Shown here: in pieces, positions 10,445 to 21,000 of the stretch
How the letters are laid out: every line of letters starts with the position of its first letter
How positions within the stretch are numbered: the first letter of the stretch is position 1
Source of the DNA: Macrostomum hystrix
Lineage: Eukaryota; Animalia; Platyhelminthes
Direction: 5' to 3'
Assembly (NCBI GenBank): GCA_950097015.1
Contig: CATNEN010000003.1
Location: 11,470,001 to 11,534,000, forward strand
Length of the DNA: 64,000 nt
Translations under genes and position numbers: made by a program
The notes under the pieces: model-generated
Seen by the model: the letters and a program-made list of their open reading frames with translations, nothing else
Databases searched by the model: none
What the model was told of the DNA's origin: nothing

Positions 10445-13400
10445 AGGCAGCGGACTGCGAAAAGTCTTCTTAGTAATCTGATGCGGCAGGGGCATGAGAT
10501 GCGGTCGGGACGGTGGAGCCGAATTAGTTGACGAAGAGGCAGCAGCGGAGGGGCTGGCAACGCATGCGATGCCGCTAGTGTCCAAGGCGCCACTGACTGA
10601 AGAATTCAAACTGTCCGGACTGGTGGCTGCCCAGCCTGGGAAATTAGGGGATAAATTTGAGGATATAAAAGACGAGTATCATAAATTCTAGAATCTAGAA
10701 GGTAAGCACGATAGATTTGAGGATCTAGAAGGTAAGCACGATAGATTTGAGGATCTAGAAGGTAAGCACGATAGATTTGAGGATCTAGAAGGTAAACACG
10801 ATAGATTTGAGGATCTAGAAGGTAAACACGATAGATTTGAGGATCAAGAAGATAAACACGATATATTTGAGGATCAAGAAGATAAACACGATAGATTTAA
10901 GGATCAAGAAGATAAACACAACAGATTTAAGGATCAAGAAGATAAACACAGTAGATCTGAGGATCCAGAAGATAAAAACAACACAACTGAGGATCTAAAA
11001 CAGAGTAAAAAAACCAAAGTCTACAAACCTGGACTCCAGCAAGGCCCAATGCCCATCGGTAGGCTACGCACGGCAGACGACGACGATGACGATAGCCTGC
11101 TAGAATTAGTTCCGCCGCCGATGCCGCCTTCAACTTTGACACCATTGTCGCCAGTATTAGCCGATGCTTGAGCAGCCGCAGCGGCGGCGGCCGCTCGAAG
11201 GCCATTCAACTGAGAGAATGACAACCGCTGCTGACTACGCGACTGCAGACTAGAGAACAATGTCATGGCTGCCGGGGAGCGCGAGTTCACGTACATATTA
11301 GTAACTAGATGCTCGGCTAATTGACGCAGATTGTGAAACTGGCAGCCCATAATCTTCTGAGCCCATTCAATGATGATCTCGCTATAGATGGCCATTGATT
11401 CATCGTTGCTGACACCATTATTAGTATTATTATAGTTGCCTGATATGCCACTATTATTAGCCGCTGCATTGCCACTGGAGTTGTTGCTAGCAGCGGCGTC
11501 AAGTTCGGCCATAGACAGGTCCGGCATGACCGGATGTGGCAGGTCAGTCTTTTTACGCAGGCCGCCGTAGCAGTATTTCGATTGGCCGCGTTGGCCTAGG
11601 CGACGAGGCTTGACGTTTGGAAATGCTCGCTTCATCACTTTGCCAAAGTCGGCCGTGTTCAATGCCTTCTGACCGTGTGAGTCGCAGTAGGACCTGGAGG
11701 TTCGTTGACAGCGTGAATGACTGATTGATGAGCTGGTGAATGACTGATTGATGAGTTGTTGAATGACTGATTGATGAGTTGGTGAATGACTGATTGATGA
11801 GTTGGTGATTGGTGAATGACTGATTGATGAGCTGGTGAATGACTGAATGATGAGTTGTTGAATGACTGATTGATGAGCTGGTGAATGACTGATTGATGAG
11901 TTGGTGAATGACTGAATGATGAGTTGTTGAATGACTGATTGATGAGCTGGTGAATGACTGATTGATGAGTTGGTGAATGACTGATTGATGAGTTGGTGAA
12001 TGACTGATTGATGAGTTGGTGAATGACTGATTGATGAGCTGGTGAATGACAGATTGATGAGCTGGTGAATGACTGATTGATGAGTTGGTGAATGACTGAT
12101 TGATGAGCTGGTGAATGACTGATTGATGAGTTGGTGAATGACTGATTGATGAGCTGGTGAATGACTGATTGATGAGTTGGTGAATGACTGATTGATGAGT
12201 TGGTGAATGACTGATTGATGAGCTGGTGAATGACTGATTGATGAGTTGGTGAATGACTGATTGATGAGTTGGTGATTGGTGAATGACTGATTGATGAGCT
12301 GGTGAATGACTGATTGATGAGCTGGTGAATGACTGATTGATGAGCTGGTGAATGACTGATTGATGAGCTGGTGAATGACTGATTGATGAGTTGTTGAATG
12401 ACTGATTGATGAGCTGGTGAATGACTGATTGATGAGCTGGTGAATGACTGATTGATGAGTTGGTGAATGACTGAATGATGAGTTGGTGAATGACTGATTG
12501 ATGAGCTGGTGAATGACTGAATGATGAGCTGGTGAATGACTGATTGATGAGTTGGTGAATGACTGATTGATGAGCTGGTGAATGACTGATTGATGAGTTG
12601 GTGATTGGTGAATGACTGATTGATGAGTTGGTGAATGACTGATTGATGAGTTGGTGAATGACTGATTGATGAGCTGGTGAATGACTGATTGATGAGTTGG
12701 TGAATGACTGATTGATGAGTTGGTGATTGGTGAATGACTGATTGATGAGCTGGTGAATGACTGATTGATGAGCTGGTGAATGACTGATTGATGAGCTGGT
12801 GAATGACTGATTGATGAGCTGGTGAATGACTGATTGATGAGTTGTTGAATGACTGATTGATGAGCTGGTGAATGACTGATTGATGAGCTGGTGAATGACT
12901 GATTGATGAGTTGGTGAATGACTGAATGATGAGTTGGTGAATGACTGATTGATGAGCTGGTGAATGACTGAATGATGAGCTGGTGAATGACTGATTGATG
13001 AGTTGGTGAATGACTGATTGATGAGCTGGTGAATGACTGATTGATGAGCTGGTGAATGACTGATTGATGAGCTGGTGAATGACTGATTGATGAGCTGGTG
13101 AATGACTGATTGATGAGCTGGTGAATGACTGATTGATGAGCTGGTGAATGACTGATTGATGAGCTGGTGAATGACTGATTGATGAGCTGGTGAATGACTG
13201 ATTGATGAGTTGTTGAATGACTGATTGATGAGCTGGTGAATGACTGATTGATGAGTTGGTGAATGACTGATTGATGAGTTGGTGAATGACTGATTGATGA
13301 GTTGGTGAATGACTGATTGATGAGTTGGTGAATGACTGACTAATGAGCTGGTGAATGACTGATTGATGAGTTGGTGAATGACTGACTGATGAGCTGGTGA

Positions 13401-14906
13401 ATGACTGGTTGATGAGCTGGTGAATGACTGACTGATGAGCTGGTGAATGACAGATAGATGAGTTGGTGAATGACAGAAATATGGGTTGGTGAATACTCAC
13501 CGGTAGTCGTTGTAAACTTCATCCTTTCGCAAACAGATACTCGCGTCCTCTTCCAGATGGGACTGTATCCAAGTGAACGCCTGGGACTGTTCTAATTGGT
13601 TGCTAAGCTGCATAGAAGCGCCGCCGGCCTGCAGAATTGCCGGATCAATTGCCCCGGCTGCGGCCACGCCGTTCGGCAGTTGAAGATAGAGTAGTAACCG
13701 CTCTAAGTCGCTCATGTGCTCAACTAGTGCTCGAACCTATGCATATTTAATTCGTGACAAAGGGATTTATGGTCAAGCTTTGGATCTGGGGATTTCTGGT
13801 CAAGCTTGGGATCTGGGGATTTATGGTCAAGCTTTGGATCTGGGGATTTATGGTCAAGCTTCGGATCTGGGGATTTCTAGTCAAGCTTGGGATCTGGGGA
13901 TTTCTAGTCAAGCTTGGAATCTGGGGATTTCTAGTCAAGCTTGGGATCTGGGGATTTCTAGTCAAGCTTGGGATCTGGGGATTTCTGGTCAAGCTTGGGA
14001 TTTGGGGATTTCTAGTTAAGCTTGGGATCTGGGGATTTCTAGTCAAGCTTGGGATCTGGGGATTTCTGGTCAAGCTACGGATCTGGGGATTTCTGGTCAA
14101 GCTTGGGATTTGGGGATTTCTAGTTAAGCTTGGGATCTGGGGATTTCTGGTCAAGCTTGGGATCTGGGGATTTCTGGTCAAGCTTCGGATCTGGGGATTT
14201 CTGGTCAAGCTTGGGATCTGGGGATTTCTGGTCAAGCTTGGGATTTGGAGATTTCTAGTCAAGCTTGGGATCTGGGGATTTCTGGTCAAGCTTCGGATCT
14301 GGGGATTTCTGGTCTAGCTTGGGATCTCGGGATTTCTAGTTAAGCTTGGGATCTGGGGATTTCTGGTCAAGCTTGGGATTTGGAGATTTCTAGTTAAGCT
14401 TGGGATCTGGGGATTTCTAGTCAAGCTTGGGATTTGGGGATTTCTATTCAAGCTTGGGATCTGGGGATTTTTAGTCTAGCTTGGGATCTGGGGATTTCTG
14501 GTCAAGCTTGGGATCTGGGGATTTCTGGTCAAGCTTCGGATCTGGGGATTTCTGGTCAAGCTTGGGATTTGGGGATACTGAACTAATCTGAGGATCTGGA
14601 ATGGATTTTTTATCTCCTGAGGATCGAAAGAGGATTTTAGGCCAACTAGACAACTAAAATATTGTTTAACATATGAACAAGAGAAATACTGATATACATG
14701 TTTCAATTCAAACAATATAGACTAACCTGTGAGATTCTAGATTTTCCATCCGTGGTAACCTCAGATTGCAAGTCGTCCACCAAGGTGTCAAATATGCCAC
14801 CACTATGACCAATTCCTACATTGTCTGTTTCACTGGCTCCACTAACTCGCCTCCCACCACCAGCTAGGTTAGCTGGAGTCGCTTGGTCAGTCAGTGAGGC
14901 AGACAT
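9653..14906 (-). CDS. RFX7: RFX winged-helix transcription factor, RFX5/RFX7 subfamily; exons 14727-14906, 13501-13736, 11029-11693, 9653-10635 (~687 aa)
   Basis: SRISQVRALVEHMSDLERLLLYLQLP matches the RFX5/7 N-terminal block. The DBD reads AFTWIQSHLEE...[59 protein letters not shown]. Phases are consistent and the C-terminus is low-complexity P/S/Q. Confidence 0.88.
10690..11000. repeat. 30-bp minisatellite (GATAGATTTGAGGATCTAGAAGGTAAGCAC) in RFX intron 3
   Basis: About 10 tandem units. Confidence 0.9.
11713..13495. repeat. 23-bp minisatellite (TGAATGACTGATTGATGAGYTGG) filling RFX intron 2
   Basis: Tandem units fill ~98% of the intron. Confidence 0.97.
13760..14580. repeat. 27-bp minisatellite (GGTCAAGCTTGGGATCTGGGGATTTCT) in RFX intron 1
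   Basis: About 30 tandem units. Confidence 0.96.
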
Positions 14907-16349
14907 TGACACAGGTCTGCTTCACTTGTTTGATGTAACTCTTGCTGCTAATTACTGTTAATTATTTGCTTAATGGCTGAATTAAGCTGCAATTTTTGGA
15001 CATTCAATTAAGAGAACATTAAAAGATAAGTTAATTCAGAAACAAGAAAAAACACATCTATAAAAATAAAAAACTATATTACTAACAAACTTAATGCTAA
15101 CTGACAAGTTTTATTAGCTGACATCTTGTATTAAAGAAAGCAAATTGAAACTGAATTTTTGTAAATATTTTACAATGCATGATAATTGTGATAAGTAGCC
15201 ATTACCAGACAAATAATTTATCTATACATTACCTAAAAATTTGACACAATTTGTTATCATAGTAATCCAAAACTGACAGTTTAAACAAAAATATTAATTT
15301 TAAATTGTTAGCAATCTATTTTGATCAAATAAGTGACAATATTATTTTGTTGAATTGTGATTGCAATCATAATTTAATATAACAATATAACATGGATTTT
15401 TTTATTTAATGAAAACATGTTATGCTTGTTAGAATCTTTTGATTATCAAATTTTGAAACTCTAAAAATTATAAGTAGCACTAGAAGTATATCTTAGTAAT
15501 TAGAAATCCCTAATGTCACTTAATGTCAAAAATGATACAAAAATATACAATATACAACTGCAAAGAATTAGCAACACACTTTTTATCTTACCTATAGACT
15601 TTTGTGTTATAAAACTAACCAAGATAAACTATTTGATCCCATTATCTTCATAACATAGTTATTGCCATTAATTGGGAAAATATATTATAATATGGAATAA
15701 CAAAACAGAGAACATTGTATGGGCCTATAGAACTTGAATAAGCTTGATGTTGTTCATTACTAATTTTACTAGATATAGTTACTTTTTAGAATACACCTAA
15801 AGCTAATACAATTTAAACTTATAATAGCAATTAGTAAAGGCTTAGACAGTTTAAAGTTCCAAATAAGACTATTAGAGCTTGCAATGGATTCTAACACTGA
15901 TTTGTGATTTTGACTAGGCAAGTTATACTAGTTATTTACTACCCATTGCTAATCATTTGTTTATTCAAATTTAAGTGCTTCATAATTGAAAAATATGTAA
16001 TGAAAGAGTGACTTTTATTTAATTTAGATAGGTCTAAATGGATCAAGACTCAAGATTGCCGGAACACTTATCAATAAAGAAACTAGAACTGTTTTTTATA
16101 TTATTAAATGAAAAAAGATTTAAGCTAAATATTTGTTAGAATCTTTTGATTGTCAAATTTCAGGCCAACAGGCCAAATTGCTCAGGCCATTATGGAATGA
16201 TGGAAAATAGTTAAAAAACAAAAAAATCTGTTAGAGCCAACAAAAGCTTGACAAAATATTTTCTTAAGTAGGCTGTAGCTATAGCCATAGGCACTGTAGC
16301 CTGTATGCCTTTGTTTTGACACAAATATGCAAAAGTGTCCTCCAAATAT

Positions 16350-16608
16350 CATAATAATAATAATTATACACTGTATGTAGGCATACACTCACACAGGTGT
16401 GTACATCTGCCCTAGCTTTCTTATCGTCAGGCAGTGTACATTTCACTGTGCCTTGGAGGTTGGCCCTCAAGGGCGTAAATTGCATGACAAGCCACCAAGC
16501 CTTCTCTCCGCGGCTGCGCGCAAATAAATGTGGCTTCGCCGTGGAATCGAACTTAGGGACCGTGGTGCGAGAGGCAAACACAATAAACGCTCTGCCACCG
16601 ACCCCGCC
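16350..16608 (-). mobile_element. tRNA-derived SINE family 2, second copy
   Basis: Reverse complement aligns over ~220 bp with 5614-5835. (ATT)n tail; possible 7-bp TSD TATTTGG. Confidence 0.8.
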
Positions 16609-18021
16609 AAATACAATAACATGCTATTATGTTATTACCTATTGCTTGGCTTGAAACCACAAATATTTGTTGATGCAGGACTGCAGTCAGATACGTTCTT
16701 TATTATTATAACTAGACAACTAGTAACATAATTATAACTTTAATGTCCTTCTAATATATAGGCTTGTTTTAAAGCCTTCACTTAGCACAAAGCAAACAAA
16801 CGTTGCATTAAGAACGTATAATACAATTTGTTTGTATAGCTTGATGAGTCTTCTTTGTTCACAAATAGAATTTATTTTAAAACAGTATACAAAAAATAGC
16901 TGTTTAAACCTTTCCTAGAAGTTTTAATTCTTTGAGCATATAAAATAATTTTTATGGAACAAAAAAAGTTATTGTTAAGCTTTGAAAGGTTGTAAAAATA
17001 AAAGTACCTTAAATTATCTGGTAAAATACGTTGATTTTGTTATTTTTAAAACAAAGCCGGCTCTTCGTTATTGTTTTTTCCGTTAGTTTGCACGCTTGAA
17101 TATTTGTGTAGCACCTTTGAGAAAATGTTTCCCCTTAAAGTCTATAAGTCTGAAGTTTTGTTTCTGTCCTAACAGCTAAAAATTTCTGCATTGGCTAAGG
17201 GTAAAAAATGATGTCACAAGGAAATGTCTTCCACATAAATGCGATCTGACGAAGTCGATTTTATATAAATTGCGCTGTGTTTCAATTTACAGGCACGCCA
17301 TGCCCATAATAATGATTTCGATTTGCGATTTGCGCGAAGTACATTTTAAACGTTTTTAGTAAAAAAATCTAGCAATAATTTCAAGCAATAAAGTTGATTC
17401 ATACGAAAAGTAGATGTGGATTTTTATGGAAAAGTTAAGTTCAATTAATTAGCGCAGGATATACAGATTTTGGCAAAGAAAATATGTCAAGAAAGTTTCT
17501 GTACATAGCACTGCCTAATATTTTTAATTTGGCATGCATCCTTAATATTTTCTTTTTTATTAGGTGGAGGTCAATTACTGACTTTTAATCGTAGATGGCA
17601 ATAAAATTCCAGCGCGTTGCGGATGAAAAAAAGTAAACCATAAAAATGTTTCCACGAAAGGCTATATATTATATAGAACTTATATGCCCGTATTGTAATT
17701 TCAAGTTGCTACTCTGTTGAACTGACCAAAAAAATGAGTCTCAATTGCGAGTCTGCGACTAAAGGAGCGAATGGACAACCAAGCCACAGTGTGTATGGCA
17801 TGCATACGTACATTAAGATGCAGCTAGTATAGTACTTGATAATTGAATTATGTACACACATGCGTAGGTTTGCTTTTACAAAGCTACTAGCAGAGATAGA
17901 CGGGTGAAAGAAACTAAGAAAAACTCTGTTTGACCTGCGTAGGTCACATTTTTTACTTTCATATATTGTAACTCTCGATCTGCTTTTGTTAAGCGCATTT
18001 AACAGACTTTTTTTCATAATC

Positions 18022-21000
18022 ATGGCCACAGGTGCTTCAACAACAGCTTCTAACATGAGGAAATTCACGGCATCCAATTCTTTAACAGCCGCCATCGCCG
18101 CTGTAGAACGAGGCGATCTACTAGCCGTGGAAGAATTTCTTAACGCCAGTCCACAATCGACCATTGACCTGACGTCTGTTGACTCGAAAGGTAGAAAGTG
18201 TACACTACTGCAAGCCGCTTCTATGCTCGGTCATTTGGAAATCGTCAGGTGAGCTAATTCTTAACTTTTCTAATAGGCGCAATTCCAGTCTAACAGATTA
18301 ATTTTTTGTGGAGTTAGGAGGCGAATCGAACCCCCGACCTTCAAAGTCGTGAGTCAGACGCTCTAACCACTAGGATATATCACATTGTGTAGATAGAGGA
18401 TAAAAATTGCTAGTTTTAAAATTGCTAGGGACTGATACTCAGCTTGTAGCACGGCCGCAGTAATCGATCGTTTCGCACTAATAAATTCAAAAATTTTGCA
18501 CTTAAAACAAAATAATTTTAAAACAATTGAAGGCTGCTCATCGACAGAGACTGTCGAGTCAGCGTTACCCAACCGGACACTGGCGACACTCCACTGATCC
18601 TAGCCCTGGCCAATGGGCACGAAGCTGTCGCCGAAGAGCTTCTAAGCCACGAGAAGTGCCATAGCAACGCACAGAACGTTGCTGGTTGGACAGCACTAAT
18701 GCTGGCTGCCAAGGGCGGCCACATCAAAGCCATGGAAGAGTTACTTCTGCAAGGCCAGGATCTGGAATTGAAGACGCTAGCGGATGGCGAGACAGCTCTA
18801 ACACTGGCTGTGACAGCTGCTCATTTGGATGCAGTGAAGCTGCTGCTGGACTATGGCGCCAATGCGGAACACCCAAACGGCCAGGGCTGCAAGCCGTTGG
18901 ATTTGGCCAGGAGTCTACAAGACGACAATGGGGCCGATGGCTGCAAGAAGAGGCAGATTATTGAAGCCTTGACTCGGAGCAGGATCGATAGGGACAGGAG
19001 GTGAGATTACTAACAGATTAAAGCCTGCTGTCTAACAGGTTGATGTCTGCTGTCTAACAGGTTGGTGTCTATTGTCTAACAGTTTGGTGTCTGTTGTCTA
19101 ACAGGTTGATGTCTGCTGTCTTACAGGTTGGTGTCTGCTGTCTAACAGGTTTCAGGTCTGTTGTCCAACAGGTTAGTGCATTTTGTCTAACAGGTTGGTG
19201 TCTGTTGTCTAACAGGTTGATGTCTGCTGTCTAACAGGTTTCAGGTCTGTTGTCTAACAGGTTGGTGTCTATTGTCTAACAGGTTGGTGTCTGCTGTCTA
19301 ACAGGTTAGTGTCTGCTGTCTAACAGGTTAGTGTCTGTTGTCTAACAGGTTAGTGTCTGCTGTCTAACAGGTTTCAGATCTATTGTCCAACAGGTTAGTG
19401 TCTGTTGTCTAACAGGTTTCAGGTCTGTTGTCCAACAGGTTAGTGTCTGTTGTCCAACAGGTTTCAGGTCTGTTGTCCAACAGGTTAGTGTCTGTTGTCT
19501 AACAGGTTTCAGGTCTGTTGTCCAACAGGTTAGTGTATTTTGTCTAACAGGCTGGTGTCTGTTGTCTAACAGGTTACTGTGTCTTGTCTAACATGGTGGT
19601 TTCTGTTAAGTAACAGGTTTTTTCTAGCAGGTTGGCCATTGTGTCACAGGGTAGGCCATTGTCTAACAGTTGGGCAATTGTCTGACAAGAAGATCATTGT
19701 CGAACATGTAAGCAATTGTCTAACAGGTAGGCTATTATCTAACATGTAGGCAATTGTAGTCTAACAGGTAGTGTAATTAATCTACCAACAGTTTCAAACA
19801 ATCAACACTCACAGGGGTCTCGCAGGCTGCAAACGTTTTGGCAGACGGGCCGCAGCTTCAAGCAGCTCCGATGATGAAGCGGACGCTGGTGCAGCTACTA
19901 CTGACAGTAGTTTAATCGGAGGTCGCTATAAAACAGTCGGCCAGTTGGGCACAGGAGCGCATGGCGTGGCAGTTCTGGTCAGAGATTTGCGTAGCAACCG
20001 CGGCGGTCGCGGCAGAGGAGCTCAGTTGAAGGTGCTGAAACGGATTAACCGACAAGGTCGACGGTTTGGACTGGACGACAGCGTCGACGAAAATCGCGAG
20101 CTCAGCTTGCTGAAGCGACTTGATCACTCGTGTGTCCTGACCCTGCTGGACTACTTCAAAGGTTGATTAAGTAGAAGCTTGTAGGGGTAGAAAGACAGGT
20201 GTAGTCACCGTAGGGGATAGAAAGGCAGGTGTAGTCACTGTAGGGGGTAGAAAGGCAGGTGTAGTCACTGTAGGGGGTAGAAAGGCAGGTGTAGTCACTG
20301 TAGGGGAGAAGTAAGACAGGGGCAGTGAGAGCCTCTGTAGGGGTATAAAGACAGGGGCAGTGAGAGTCACTGTAGGGGTAGAAGGACAGGGGCAGTGAGA
20401 GCCACTGTGGGGGTAGAAGGACAGGGGCAGTGAGAGCCACTGTGGGGGCAGAAAGACAGGGGCAGTGAGAGTCTCTGTGGGGGTAGAAAGACAAGGGCAG
20501 TGAGAGCCCCTGTGGGGGTAGAAAGACAGGGGCAGTGAGAGCCCCTGTGGGGTAGAAAGACAGCGACAGTGAGAGCCACTGTGGGGGCAGAAAGACAAGG
20601 GCAGTGAGAGTCTCTGTGGGGGTAGAAAGACAAGGGCAGTGAGAGCCCCTGTGGGGGTAGAAAGATAGGGGCAGTGAGAGCCCCTGTGGGGTAGAAAGAC
20701 AGGGGCAGTAAGAGCCACTGTGGGGGCAGAAAGACAGGGGCAGTGAGAGCCCCTGTGGGGGTAGAAGGACAGGGGCAGTGAGAGCTACTGTGGGGGTAGA
20801 AAGACAAGGGCAGTGAGAGCCCCTGTTGGGGTAGAAAGACAGGGGCAGTGAGAGCCCCTGTTGGGGTAGAAAGACAGGGGCAGTGAGAGCTACTGTGGGG
20901 GTAGAAAGACAAGGGCAGTGAGAGCCCCTGTGGGGGTAGAAAGACAAGGGCAGTGAGAGCCCCTGTTGGGGTAGAAAGACAGGGGCAGTGAGAGCCACTG

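Noticed and set aside
11659-13500. 613-aa ORF and other long repetitive ORFs (13714-14317, 20156-20998, 22412-23163, 24187-26025, 29211-30243, 39825-40555, 43294-44677, 50286-50978, 58853-60184)
   Set aside because: Translations of stop-free minisatellite units lying in introns or intergenic DNA. Flanking exons splice around them in frame.
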